This document shows positions 47,987-58,067 of a DNA stretch of 64,000 nt, piece after piece. Below the pieces are notes generated by a model, which saw nothing but the letters and a program-made list of their open reading frames with translations, made no database searches and had not been told where the DNA came from. Positions within the stretch are counted from its first letter, which is position 1; every line of letters starts with the position of its first letter. A program made the position numbers and the translations under genes. Source of the stretch: an uncultured Sediminispirochaeta sp. (GTDB taxonomy: Bacteria > Spirochaetota > Spirochaetia > DSM-16054 > Sediminispirochaetaceae); assembly GCA_964504785.1 (NCBI GenBank), contig CAZDFY010000003.1, positions 25,595 through 89,594 on the forward strand, given 5' to 3'.

Positions 47987-49969
47987 TTGAAGAATTCAGT
48001 AGTATACTGCAGCTTTCTGTTGATCTTACTAGTTTTATATATCTGTATTCCGGCGCTTGTGTTTGGCGCCGATGCATCGGATAATAATGATTACAGACTT
48101 ACCCATATCGCCCGGGCTGCGGGGGGTCACATGTACGCCCTTACAGACCGGCACGGAGCTCTGTTGTCGAAGGACCGGGGGAGCGAGTGGCGGTCTATAA
48201 ATGAGGGGCTGCCCCTTGATCAGGTATGGCCCTTTGAGGAGAACACCTACAGGCGCTTTACCTCTCTCAGTCTTGATACTCATAATAAAAAGCGGATAGC
48301 GGCGACTACCAGCAGTTCTTTATATGTGAGTAAGGATGCGGGGCGGGCTTGGAAGGAAATCTCATTAAAATATCCGGTCAAATCAAAGAATTATCTTACC
48401 GCTGTGAGCTTCGATCCTCTTCGACCCGAGAGGATCTATTTAGGAACTTCCTTCAATGGTCTTTTTATCAGCAACGACGGCGGTGCAAGCTGGAAAAAAG
48501 AATCGGATTTTATTGACGAGTTGTACAGGGGGGCCGGTTTTTATGAAGAAATTACCGATCTGGCAATGGTTCCTGAGCACCCGGATGAGCTTTTTATTGC
48601 CTCGGTCTTTGATAATCTAATTTTTCGTTACAACACTGAATCTCATGAAGTGGTCGAAATCGAAATGCCGGAGGAATCGGAGAATATTCTTTCTATAAAT
48701 AATTACAATGGGGGAGTTACCGATGAACCTGCTCTGGAGGTGCATTTTGAGGGAAGCCGCGGAATATATAATCTAAAAACCCGTGAATGGAACTTTCGTC
48801 CCCCCTTACTCCGTTCCCAGATTAGGACCGTCCTTGGAAAAACTTCTGATTCATTAAATAGAAATACCGAAGAGAGCGATACGCATAGGGATGTGCGGGC
48901 CCTTTATCTGAATGCCTACAACGTAACCGACGGCCACATCGATGAGCACATAAGCTTTATGAAAGAGCACGGTTTTAATGGAATTGTAGTCGATGTAAAG
49001 GATGACTGGGGGCGTCTCACCTACGGGTCGAAACTGGATAGGCCGAAGGAGATCGGCGCTGTTCATACCATCTTCGATATTGCAAAGCTGCTGGAAAAAG
49101 CCCATGCTGAGGGGATCTATGTGATAGGGCGAATGGTTGTCTTTAAGGACAAGCGCCTGTATCAGGCGGAGGACAATAAATATGCCCTCTGGGATGTACA
49201 GCAGAATGCTCCTTGGGCGCATACCGTACCTGAGAAATATGAAGAAGAGGGGGAAGAGAAAACCCGCTATGTACAGAGGGAGTTCTGGACCGACCCTTTT
49301 AGTGAGGGGGTATGGGACTATAACATTGAAATTGCCGAGGAACTTGAGTCTCTTGGAATAGATGAAATCCAATTCGATTACATCCGATTTCCCTCCGACG
49401 GAGACCTCTCAACAGCCCGATATCGTTTTAGAAAGCCGGGGATGTTGAAAACTGAGGCCATTGAATCCTTTGTAAAAAAGGCGGCGGAGGATATTTCCAT
49501 CCCTATTTCCGTGGATTTGTATGGTTTTAATTCATGGTATCGTATGGGAAATTGGATCGGACAGGATATAGGGATGTTGGCGGAGTATGTTGATATAATT
49601 TGTCCAATGTACTACCCCTCACATTTTCCCTTTCAGTTTCTATCCCGGGACAACTATATCCACAGGGCATACGAACTCTACAAAATCGGCACCCAACGGG
49701 CCCAGAAGATTGTGGGGCCTAGTACCAGTATTCGTCCCTATGTGCAGGCCTTTCTCATGGGACATGAGCTTTCAATGGAGGAGCCGGAGTATTTTAACTA
49801 TCTTAATCGACAGCTGGAGGGTATAGTGCAGGCCCAAGGCGGCGGCTATACCCTGTGGAATAATATGAATAAGTACTATATGGTGAACGGACGGGTGTCG
49901 GAACTAAACCAAAGGCTGCTGGACTCTGATAAAAAAGAGGAGAGAGAAAAGCCGGACCAGACCCTGTAA
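47987..49969 (+). CDS. secreted BNR-repeat protein fused to a putative TIM-barrel glycoside-hydrolase-like domain (DUF4015-like)
   Basis: 660 aa with a TTG start and a signal peptide. Three SxDxGxxW repeats (SKDRGSEW, SKDAGRAW, SNDGGASW). The assignment of the C-terminal half is tentative. Confidence 0.55.
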   Translation: MKNSVVYCSFLLILLVLYICIPALVFGADASDNNDYRLTHIARAAGGHMYALTDRHGALLSKDRGSEWRSINEGLPLDQVWPFEENTYRRFTSLSLDTHNKKRIAATTSSSLYVSKDAGRAWKEISLKYPVKSKNYLTAVSFDPLRPERIYLGTSFNGLFISNDGGASWKKESDFIDELYRGAGFYEEITDLAMVPEHPDELFIASVFDNLIFRYNTESHEVVEIEMPEESENILSINNYNGGVTDEPALEVHFEGSRGIYNLKTREWNFRPPLLRSQIRTVLGKTSDSLNRNTEESDTHRDVRALYLNAYNVTDGHIDEHISFMKEHGFNGIVVDVKDDWGRLTYGSKLDRPKEIGAVHTIFDIAKLLEKAHAEGIYVIGRMVVFKDKRLYQAEDNKYALWDVQQNAPWAHTVPEKYEEEGEEKTRYVQREFWTDPFSEGVWDYNIEIAEELESLGIDEIQFDYIRFPSDGDLSTARYRFRKPGMLKTEAIESFVKKAAEDISIPISVDLYGFNSWYRMGNWIGQDIGMLAEYVDIICPMYYPSHFPFQFLSRDNYIHRAYELYKIGTQRAQKIVGPSTSIRPYVQAFLMGHELSMEEPEYFNYLNRQLEGIVQAQGGGYTLWNNMNKYYMVNGRVSELNQRLLDSDKKEEREKPDQTL

Positions 49970-49970
49970 C

Positions 49971-50002
49971 TTACCGGCGATTCTCATTAGAATATCCGGT
50001 AA
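49971..50002 (+). terminator. interrupted hairpin between the exoprotein gene and cdaA (weak terminator or attenuator)
   Basis: TTACCGG/CCGGTAA (49971-49977 and 49996-50002) plus inner ATTCT/AGAAT with a 4-nt loop. The downstream T-tract is poor. Confidence 0.35.
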
Positions 50003-50029
50003 CTCACCTTTGAGGAGTTGTGCGGAGGA

Positions 50030-50836
50030 ATGAATTTATTCACTGATGTTTGGGTAGTTGAGAATGTGCTGCGACCGTTTCTGGATATAGCCATTCTTTC
50101 TTTTCTCTTCTACCAAATTTACAAGCTTATCGCGCAGACCCGAGCTATTCAGTTGATAAAGGGTGCGCTGTTTCTTTTATTGATTTACGCGGTGGCCTTT
50201 TTCCTGCGACTGCAGACCCTTTTGTGGATCATTAACAGCCTTGCGACTGTATTGGTAATAGTTATAGCAATCGTCTTCCAGCCGGAATTACGGACGATGT
50301 TTACCCGAATCGGAAGGGGTGAGCTATTTCGTTTTGCCTCCCGGGCGAATGTTGAACATATAGAAACCGTTATAAATGCGTTAGAAGTTCTGGCCGGACG
50401 CAAGAGGGGTGCTTTGATTGTATTTCCCCGGCAGGTGGGACTAAAAAATCTAATCGATAACGGGACCCGTTTGAATGCGGAACTCTCATCGAGCCTGTTA
50501 ATAACAATATTTGGGTTTGACACTCCCCTGCATGACGGGGCGGTGGTTGTGCAATCGGGAAAACTTGTTTCGGCGGCCTGTTTCCTTCCGCTTAGTGAAC
50601 AGGTTGATATACGGCGGAGTTTTGGGACCCGACACAGGGCTGCCCTGGGAATGGCGGAGGATACCGATTCGGTAATTCTGGTGCTTTCGGAGGAGACGGG
50701 CGCTTTGTCCCTAGCCTACGACGCAAATCTATACTACGATTTATCATCAAAAGAGGTGCGGCGGACCCTTCGGAACCTGTTGGGGGTATCAGGGGAATCA
50801 GCGGAAGAGAGTGAGGATATTTCAGTTGCAACTTAA
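50030..50836 (+). CDS. cdaA: diadenylate cyclase CdaA
   Basis: Three N-terminal TM helices. DAC motifs PLHDGAVVV and GTRHRAALG. ATG 50030 preferred over the track's GTG 50018. Confidence 0.85.
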   Translation: MNLFTDVWVVENVLRPFLDIAILSFLFYQIYKLIAQTRAIQLIKGALFLLLIYAVAFFLRLQTLLWIINSLATVLVIVIAIVFQPELRTMFTRIGRGELFRFASRANVEHIETVINALEVLAGRKRGALIVFPRQVGLKNLIDNGTRLNAELSSSLLITIFGFDTPLHDGAVVVQSGKLVSAACFLPLSEQVDIRRSFGTRHRAALGMAEDTDSVILVLSEETGALSLAYDANLYYDLSSKEVRRTLRNLLGVSGESAEESEDISVAT

Positions 50837-51779
50837 TAAGATTTTTGAAGGAATAACTCATAACTGGCCCATAAAGATTCTTTCGATAGCGGCGGCGGTA
50901 CTGCTGTTCCTTTTTAATCAAATGGCGACGCTTGAGGAACGTTTTCTCAGTGTACCCCTGGAAATTCGTACCGGCGAACAGTATATACCGGCGGAAAATT
51001 ATCCCCATACGGTCCGGGTGACCCTTCGTGGGCGGAGCGAAGAAATAAACCTTGTGTTGGAAGATGATATAAAGGTGATTGCCGATTTCAGTGAATATGA
51101 ACAGGAAGGACACTACACAGTACCAATACGGGTAGTGAAACAAGGGAGCCTCACCCATATAGATCCCTTGGAATTGCAGGTAGAACCAAAAAAGCTCAGC
51201 TTAAAGATTGAGAAAAAGCTTTCTAAAAGTGTAAAGGTTGAACCGCTTCTTGAGGGGTATCCGGCCAAGGGCTATGAGCTTAGTCAGTATTTCCTTACCC
51301 CTTCTTCAGTTGAAATAGAGGGCCTTGAGAGTACAATTGAAGATCTAAAAGCCGTTGAAACCGAACCAATTGAGCTTGACGGCCGTAAGGAGGACTTTAC
51401 CCTTCGACTACGGCTCAAAAGGCCGGATCAGTTTTCCTCTTTTCCCGGTGGAGATACCGTCGAGTTCTTTGGTATAGTTCAGGAAAAAACGATCTTAAAA
51501 ACTGTTGAAAATATTGATCTCATCGCGCTTGACCTCTCCAATGAACTGCTTGTATCCGGAGTACCTGGAGACACCCAATTGACAGTTCAGGGAAACCAGC
51601 TGATGCTGGAGAAAGTAGATACTGAAGATTTTATGCTTACCTTCGACTGTTCCGGCATTGAAGAACCGGGTATATACGAATTGAAGGTAACCCCCGATGT
51701 ACCTCAGGGAGTGGTGGTACTAAAATACAGTCCTACCAGGGTTGAAGTCGAGGTGACCCGATTGGAGGATCTGGAATGA
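50811..51779 (+). CDS. cdaR: CdaR (YbbR-domain) regulator of CdaA
   Basis: 322 aa. N-terminal TM helix followed by repeated beta-rich YbbR-like modules. Overlaps the cdaA 3' end. Confidence 0.65.
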   Translation: MRIFQLQLNKIFEGITHNWPIKILSIAAAVLLFLFNQMATLEERFLSVPLEIRTGEQYIPAENYPHTVRVTLRGRSEEINLVLEDDIKVIADFSEYEQEGHYTVPIRVVKQGSLTHIDPLELQVEPKKLSLKIEKKLSKSVKVEPLLEGYPAKGYELSQYFLTPSSVEIEGLESTIEDLKAVETEPIELDGRKEDFTLRLRLKRPDQFSSFPGGDTVEFFGIVQEKTILKTVENIDLIALDLSNELLVSGVPGDTQLTVQGNQLMLEKVDTEDFMLTFDCSGIEEPGIYELKVTPDVPQGVVVLKYSPTRVEVEVTRLEDLE

Positions 51780-52150
51780 TATTGGGAATGGGGATCGACA
51801 TAGTGAGTGTAGAGCGTATGAGGCATTGGTGGTACAACGAAAAATTGCTCCATCGGTTTTTTCATGATGATGAGATTGAGGCTGTACACCATAGACAAAG
51901 CGGGGCTGTTCTCTCTTTAGCAGCGCGTTTTGCCGCGAAGGAGGCTTTTGGAAAAGCCCTTGGTACGGGGATGCGAAACCTGGTCCTACGGGATATTCAG
52001 GTGGTAAATTCTCATAACGGAAAGCCCGACATTCAGTTGCATGGTACCGCCCTGGAGGCTTTTCACCGCCACCGCGGGCACTCAATTCATCTTACAATGA
52101 CCCATGAACACGATATGGCTGTAGCTTTAATCGTAATAGAGGGGGATTAA
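51776..52150 (+). CDS. acpS: holo-[acyl-carrier-protein] synthase
   Basis: 124 aa. MILGMGIDIVSVERM and FAAKEAFGKALG. ATGA overlap with cdaR. Confidence 0.85.
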   Translation: MILGMGIDIVSVERMRHWWYNEKLLHRFFHDDEIEAVHHRQSGAVLSLAARFAAKEAFGKALGTGMRNLVLRDIQVVNSHNGKPDIQLHGTALEAFHRHRGHSIHLTMTHEHDMAVALIVIEGD

Positions 52151-52151
52151 G

Positions 52152-53003
52152 ATGGTCGCAAAAGCTGGAGACTCTATTACCTTTTTCTCAAAGAAGTCCT
52201 TAACGTGCCCCGTCTGCAATAACGAGTTTTATCGTGAGGATATGCGCACAGGACGGGGGAGAATGGTTGCCGGCTCGCTCACCGATGAGTTGCGGCGTTT
52301 GTATGAGCCAACTGAAAAATATGGAGAGGTGTATCCGATAGTGTACAGCATTACAGTATGCCCCGCCTGTCTGTATGCTGCTTTTCCCCAGGATTTTAAT
52401 GCAATTCCCGTGACCACCGCAAAGGCACTGGAAAACTCCCGTGGAAGCCGAGAAAGCAGCTTAACAAAAGTATTTCCTGATTTAGATTTTACCCAACCCC
52501 GGGAGCTGCCCTCAGGTATTGCTTCCTATCATTACGCGATAATGAGTATGGAGCAGTTTCCCCCCGAAATGAGTCCGACTGTGAAAAGGGGGATTGCCGC
52601 CCTGCGGGCTGCCTGGCTCTGTAACGACCTCCATCGCAAACAGCCGGGGGAACATTACGATTATCTTGCTGAAATTTACTATCATAAGGCGTGGTTTTTC
52701 TATTCTGAGGCCTTGAGGTATGAAGAGGATGGCAAAGAGGGGATTACCGATGCTGGTTTTCTCGGGCCCGATCTTGATCAGAATTACGGGTATGATGGTG
52801 TTTTGTATATTTCCGCCCTGCTTGAGTTTCTCCATGGGGCCCAAAGCGATGAAGAAAAGCGGAAAATGTCCCTTGAGCGGGCAAAAACCACCGTTGGAAG
52901 GCTGTTCGGTCTGGGGAAAGCCTCGAAGGACAAACCTTCTACGCTCCTGGAACGGGCACGTGACCTGCATGCAAAAATTAATAGCGAGCTTAAGGATAGC
53001 TAA
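52152..53003 (+). CDS. DUF2225-like zinc-ribbon/helical protein
   Basis: 283 aa. CPVC...x40...CPAC zinc ribbon followed by a helical-repeat region. Confidence 0.55.
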   Translation: MVAKAGDSITFFSKKSLTCPVCNNEFYREDMRTGRGRMVAGSLTDELRRLYEPTEKYGEVYPIVYSITVCPACLYAAFPQDFNAIPVTTAKALENSRGSRESSLTKVFPDLDFTQPRELPSGIASYHYAIMSMEQFPPEMSPTVKRGIAALRAAWLCNDLHRKQPGEHYDYLAEIYYHKAWFFYSEALRYEEDGKEGITDAGFLGPDLDQNYGYDGVLYISALLEFLHGAQSDEEKRKMSLERAKTTVGRLFGLGKASKDKPSTLLERARDLHAKINSELKDS

Positions 53004-53014
53004 GAGATACAGCC

Positions 53015-53770
53015 ATGGCGGTCCGGATAAAACTAACAATAGCATACGACGGCACCCGTTACGCCGGCTGGCAGGTGCAGCCGAAGGACCCCACTGTTCA
53101 GGAGAAGGTAGAAAAGGCCGTTGCTGAAGTGCTGAATCAGCGTGTTCCGGTGGTTGCATCCGGACGGACTGATTCAGGGGTCCATGCCCGTGGACAGGTG
53201 TGCCATCTTGATTCGTCGAATGAGAATATGCCGGCGGAAAAGTACTCCCTTGCGCTTAACCGACATCTTCCACCGGATATCCGGGTTATAGAGAGCGAGG
53301 CGGTAGCTGAGGATTTTCATGCCCGATATAGTGCAAAAAGCCGTGAGTATAGGTACTATATGCTGCCCCATCGCACTGTCCAGCCCTTTTACCGGCCCTA
53401 CTGTTATAGCAACTCCGGGTTACCCCCGGTGGAATTGCTCGATCAGTATGCAGCTTGTATAGTGGGGGTACATGATTTTACCACCTTTTCGGCAGTGGGG
53501 GATGAGAGCCCTTCTAAAATCAGGGAAATTTTTGCAGCTTCCGTATATATGCAGAGGGGAGTACTAGTTTTAAGGATAGTGGGGAATGCTTTTTTATGGC
53601 GGATGGTCCGTTCCCTGACCGGTACTATGCTTGACCTTGGGCGGGCAGGCGAAGCTCCTCACTCCATGGCGGAGTTATTACAAAGAAAAGACCGATCCGC
53701 CGCCGGCACAACTGCCCCTGCCCACGGACTATTTTTACACAAGGTGAGCTATGGAACAGAAGAAGCTTAA
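53015..53770 (+). CDS. truA: tRNA pseudouridine(38-40) synthase
   Basis: 251 aa. YDGTRYAGWQ and the catalytic SGRTDSGVHA. Confidence 0.9.
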   Translation: MAVRIKLTIAYDGTRYAGWQVQPKDPTVQEKVEKAVAEVLNQRVPVVASGRTDSGVHARGQVCHLDSSNENMPAEKYSLALNRHLPPDIRVIESEAVAEDFHARYSAKSREYRYYMLPHRTVQPFYRPYCYSNSGLPPVELLDQYAACIVGVHDFTTFSAVGDESPSKIREIFAASVYMQRGVLVLRIVGNAFLWRMVRSLTGTMLDLGRAGEAPHSMAELLQRKDRSAAGTTAPAHGLFLHKVSYGTEEA

Positions 53771-54488
53771 GCACTATTGGGATATCTTGAACTCCGCAGA
53801 AGCGTATCTGCGGGGAGGGCGGCGAACCGATGCTTCAGCCCCCCCTGAGCTGCTCTATACGCCGGGTGGGGAGACAAGGAAGGAACAACTTTCGTCAAGC
53901 CCAGAGGCGGGGGATGTGCATGGTCCTACCGAAGACTCCCTGGAAAAAATCGCCGAGGAAGTAAGGGCCTGTAGAAAATGCCGGCTTGGGGAGACTCGGC
54001 GCAATGCGGTTCCCGGGGAAGGGGTTTCTAATCCGAAATTGATGATAATCGGTGAAGCACCGGGGGCCCAGGAGGACGGCAGCGGACTTCCTTTTGTCGG
54101 CCGTGCCGGACAGTACCTTGATAAGTGGCTCAGTGCAATTAATCTAAGTCGGAGGGAGGATGTTTTTATTGGAAACATAATAAAATGCAGGCCCCCCGAT
54201 AATCGTGATCCCCTGCCTGATGAAACTGCGGCTTGTATGCCCTTTTTAAAACGTCAACTGGACCTCATACAGCCCCGGGTAATACTGACGCTGGGGAGAA
54301 TCTCCACCCATATTCTTACAGATACAACAGAGGGAATCGGCAAACTGCACGGTCGGGTGTTTCACTTCCGCGGTGTACCGCTTATACCGACATACCATCC
54401 AAGCGGGGTGCTGAGAAATCCGGTGTATCGCAAGCCTGTGTGGGATGATCTGCAAAAAGTACAGCGAATTATTGAAAAGCAGGAATAG
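53751..54488 (+). CDS. family 4 uracil-DNA glycosylase with ~70-aa N-terminal extension
   Basis: CRKCRL Fe-S Cys, GEAPGAQED motif A, and HPS near the C-terminus. Overlaps truA by 20 nt. Confidence 0.8.
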   Translation: MEQKKLKHYWDILNSAEAYLRGGRRTDASAPPELLYTPGGETRKEQLSSSPEAGDVHGPTEDSLEKIAEEVRACRKCRLGETRRNAVPGEGVSNPKLMIIGEAPGAQEDGSGLPFVGRAGQYLDKWLSAINLSRREDVFIGNIIKCRPPDNRDPLPDETAACMPFLKRQLDLIQPRVILTLGRISTHILTDTTEGIGKLHGRVFHFRGVPLIPTYHPSGVLRNPVYRKPVWDDLQKVQRIIEKQE

Positions 54489-54500
54489 GAAAACAATACT

Positions 54501-56573
54501 GTGCCGGGACAAGATCCACAACTAAATTTATCCTCCGATGACATGCCCACCCCTTCTACTGGAGCTGATCGTAACGATGATGGCCCTGGAGGGGCGCTTG
54601 AAGCTGGTGCAGCGGCAGAGTTTTTACAGGTGGTATTCAATTTGCCCCTGGAAGGGCCTTTTACCTATCGCCGGCCCGAGTCCGGGACTGCAGTAAAGAT
54701 TGGGATGCGTGTAGAGGCCCCTTTTCGTGGGCGCCTAAAGACCGGATATGTAGTTGCTGCTACCGACCAACAGCCGGCGGGCAATTTCAAAATATTGTCG
54801 GTAAAACGGTCTCTTGATAAGGAAATTCTATTTGAAACACCACAACTGGAATTGGCGCGATGGCTTTCAAGGATGTATTTCTGTTCTCTAGGCGAGGCAC
54901 TGTCGATAATCATTCCTGGAGGAAAACGTGAAAGAAGTGCCCAGTTTATTCCCGCCGAGGAAGATTCTTTTCGTGTTCCCGCAAAACTCTCTGAGGCACA
55001 AGTCAGTGCACAGGAGAGAATCTCTGAAGGAACAGAGAGGATGTATTACCTGTACGGAGTAACCGGCTCAGGGAAAACCGAGGTGTTTCTCCAGTTAGCC
55101 CGCCGTACGATTGATCGGGGAGAGGCGGTGGTGTATCTTGTACCGGAGATAGCCCTTACCCACCAGTTGATACAGCAGGTCCACTCTCGCTTTGGCTCTA
55201 CCGCTGCGGTATGGCATTCCAAGTTAACGCCGTCACAAAAGCTAAAGGAGTGGCGCAGAATGCAGGCCGGAGAAGTTCGTTTTGTTATCGGAGCCCGCAG
55301 CGCGGTATTTAGCCCTATGGTTAAAATAGGATTATTTATCGTAGACGAAGAGCATGAGACCTCCTATAAATCAAGCCGGAGTCCCCGGTATCATGCCCGC
55401 CAAGTGGCAATGAAGCGGTGTGCGGACAACAATGCAAAGCTTGTAATGGGCAGCGCCACTCCCAGCATTGAGGCGTATGAACTCATGGGCCGGGGGACAA
55501 TTGTGAAGCTTGAACTACCGGACCGGGTATCCGGAGGTAACATGCCGTCAATCGAAACTGTTTCAATGCAGGGTCAGCCTCACACGATATCCAATCAGCT
55601 TATTGATGAAATCCAAAAAACAGCGGCGATGGGAAAGCAGACAATTTTGTTTTTGAATCGCCGCGGCTTCAGTTACTTTTTCCATTGCCGGAGTTGCGGG
55701 TATGAGATGAAGTGTAGTCACTGCTCGGTGAACCTCACCTTTCACAAAGCTACCCATCGCATGGTATGTCATTATTGCGGTTTTAGTCGTACACCGGTAG
55801 ATGTGTGCCCCGAATGCGGGTCCCTTGATGTAGGCTATTCGGGGTTTGGAACGGAAAAAATTGAGGAGGATATAAGGCAGCTGTTCCCGCAGCTGAAAAT
55901 TGCCCGGGTTGATACCGACTCGACCCGCAAAAAGGGGAGTCTGCAAAAAATCTTAAAAGAATTTCGGGGCGGGGAGTACGATCTTTTACTGGGTACCCAG
56001 ATGGTTGCAAAGGGGCTTAACTTCCCCGGTGTGCGGCTGGTTGGTATTGTGTTGGCCGACAGTGCACTTAATCTCCCTGATTTTCGTGCCGGTGAACGAA
56101 CTTTCAATTTAATAGTTCAGGTGTCCGGCCGGGCAGGACGGTTTATGGAAGAGGGGAAGGTATTGGTGCAGACCTATAAGCCCAATGTACCGGCAATTCG
56201 GAAAGCAGTTGAAAACGATCTTGCACATTTTTACCAGGACGAACTAGAGGTCCGCCGACAGCTCATGTTTCCCCCTTACTACAGGTTGTTCAGGATAGTA
56301 GTAAGGGGACGAGAGAAAAAGAGAGTAACTTCGCTCACAGAAGAGTGTGGGACCCAGATTGCTCCGGTTGAGAAAATTGACGAAACAACCGAGCTGTTGG
56401 GCCCTTCCCCTTGTCCCATTGAAGTAATTGCAGGAAACCATCGGGAGCAGTTGCTGATTCGTACTAAGAATTTTTCTAAAGTGCATGCTTTTATCTACCA
56501 GTGGTACCGGAAATTTGAATGTCCGAAGGGTCTGTATGTTGAAATTGATGTTGATCCGGTCAGTCTGCTGTAA
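54501..56573 (+). CDS. priA: primosomal protein N' (replication restart helicase)
   Basis: 690 aa. Walker A GVTGSGKT, DEEH box, and a Cys-rich zinc region CRSCG...CSHC...CHYCG...CPECG. GTG start in the track. Confidence 0.9.
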   Translation: MPGQDPQLNLSSDDMPTPSTGADRNDDGPGGALEAGAAAEFLQVVFNLPLEGPFTYRRPESGTAVKIGMRVEAPFRGRLKTGYVVAATDQQPAGNFKILSVKRSLDKEILFETPQLELARWLSRMYFCSLGEALSIIIPGGKRERSAQFIPAEEDSFRVPAKLSEAQVSAQERISEGTERMYYLYGVTGSGKTEVFLQLARRTIDRGEAVVYLVPEIALTHQLIQQVHSRFGSTAAVWHSKLTPSQKLKEWRRMQAGEVRFVIGARSAVFSPMVKIGLFIVDEEHETSYKSSRSPRYHARQVAMKRCADNNAKLVMGSATPSIEAYELMGRGTIVKLELPDRVSGGNMPSIETVSMQGQPHTISNQLIDEIQKTAAMGKQTILFLNRRGFSYFFHCRSCGYEMKCSHCSVNLTFHKATHRMVCHYCGFSRTPVDVCPECGSLDVGYSGFGTEKIEEDIRQLFPQLKIARVDTDSTRKKGSLQKILKEFRGGEYDLLLGTQMVAKGLNFPGVRLVGIVLADSALNLPDFRAGERTFNLIVQVSGRAGRFMEEGKVLVQTYKPNVPAIRKAVENDLAHFYQDELEVRRQLMFPPYYRLFRIVVRGREKKRVTSLTEECGTQIAPVEKIDETTELLGPSPCPIEVIAGNHREQLLIRTKNFSKVHAFIYQWYRKFECPKGLYVEIDVDPVSLL

Positions 56574-56614
56574 CCATAATTGACGGTATGAATGCTTTTT
56601 AGTACTATTAACAT

Positions 56615-57103
56615 ATGTTGGATATAGTAACATTAGGCGATGAAGTTCTGCGGGAACAGGTCGAAGAAATAAAGGACGTAAACGGAGAAATTGCCGATTT
56701 AGCTCAGAATATGATTACGGCAATGTACGAGGGCGATGGAATTGGGCTTGCAGCACCTCAGGTAGGACTTACTAAAAGCTTATTCGTATGCCATGTGAAT
56801 GGTGATCAGCCACGGGTATTTATAAATCCCCAGATTGTCGGAACGAGTCAGGAACTCCTCCCCTATGAGGAAGGGTGTTTAAGTATACCCGGTGTATATG
56901 GAGATGTAGTTCGTCCCGCTTTTGTTTCCGTACAGGCAATAAATGAAAATGGAAGACCCTTTAAACTGGATGCCGAAGGTCTTCTGGCAAGGGTTATCCA
57001 GCATGAAATTGATCACCTGAAGGGCGTATTATTTGTTGATCACATTGAAGAAAAACAGCGGGACCGGCTGCTCAAAAGCTATTACAAAAAAGCCCGGAAA
57101 TAA
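56615..57103 (+). CDS. def: peptide deformylase
   Basis: 162 aa. GIGLAAPQ, EGCLSIPG, HEIDHL. Confidence 0.9.
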   Translation: MLDIVTLGDEVLREQVEEIKDVNGEIADLAQNMITAMYEGDGIGLAAPQVGLTKSLFVCHVNGDQPRVFINPQIVGTSQELLPYEEGCLSIPGVYGDVVRPAFVSVQAINENGRPFKLDAEGLLARVIQHEIDHLKGVLFVDHIEEKQRDRLLKSYYKKARK

Positions 57104-57110
57104 TTAACAC

Positions 57111-58067
57111 ATGCGAGTTCTTTTTGCCGGAACACCTGAAATTTCCGTCCCCTCTTTAGAAGAGATCTCAAAAAGACACACTATAGTAGGTGTGCTCACA
57201 AATCCCGATCGTCCCCGAGGGAGGGGGCGGGCACCCTCCGCCTCCCCGGTCAAGGAAAAAGCCCTTGAACTCGGCCTTCCCGTATATCAGCCTCCTACCT
57301 TGAAGCGCGAGGCTCGCGAGGTATTAGCTCCCCTAAGGGCGGAAGTGCTGGCCGTATATGCCTATGGACGTATTTTTGGGCCGAAATTTTTAAGCCTTTT
57401 TCCGGAGGGAGGGGTAAATGTACATCCCTCTCTTTTACCTAAGTATCGGGGGAGCATACCGGTAATAGCACCAATTATAAACGGTGACCCTGAAACGGGG
57501 GTAACCGTGCAAAAGATTGCCTTGGAAATGGACACTGGTGATATATTGGCCCAAAAGCGTTTTGAGCTATCCCCAGGAGTTACTGCAGGTGCCTTGTCTG
57601 ACTCAGTAGCGTATATAGGGGCCGAATTACTTGTTTCGGTACTCGATACTCTTGAAAATAAGACGGCAGTACCTGTTCCTCAGGACCACTTCTACGCTAC
57701 CTACTGCCGGAAGCTTGATAAGAAGGACGGGGAGATCAATTGGCAGCTGCCGAATCAAATGATTGAGAGAATGGTTCGCGGTTTTTATCCATGGCCGAAA
57801 GCGTGTACTCGCTGGAGTGGAAAGCATCTCACTATACTGGAAGCAGCACTTCCGGGGGATTCTAAAAATTATTCACAATCTTCAGCCGACTCCCCGCCGG
57901 GAAAGGTTATTGGTATAGACAGGGAAAATGGAATTTTGGTACAAACAGGAGAGGGTCTCCTTTTTATTAGAAAATTACAACTCCAGGGCAAAAAACCTTT
58001 AAGATGGGAAGCCTTTGTAAATGGAAATAAAGAGATAATCGGATCGCAACTTGGAGAAAATAAATGA
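57111..58067 (+). CDS. fmt: methionyl-tRNA formyltransferase
   Basis: 318 aa. MRVLFAGTPE, HPSLLPKYRG, and a C-terminal tRNA-binding domain. Confidence 0.9.
   Translation: MRVLFAGTPEISVPSLEEISKRHTIVGVLTNPDRPRGRGRAPSASPVKEKALELGLPVYQPPTLKREAREVLAPLRAEVLAVYAYGRIFGPKFLSLFPEGGVNVHPSLLPKYRGSIPVIAPIINGDPETGVTVQKIALEMDTGDILAQKRFELSPGVTAGALSDSVAYIGAELLVSVLDTLENKTAVPVPQDHFYATYCRKLDKKDGEINWQLPNQMIERMVRGFYPWPKACTRWSGKHLTILEAALPGDSKNYSQSSADSPPGKVIGIDRENGILVQTGEGLLFIRKLQLQGKKPLRWEAFVNGNKEIIGSQLGENK

Noticed and set aside
52512-53159. 215-aa minus-strand ORF spanning the DUF2225/truA junction
   Set aside because: It is antisense to two well-supported plus-strand genes and has no motifs.
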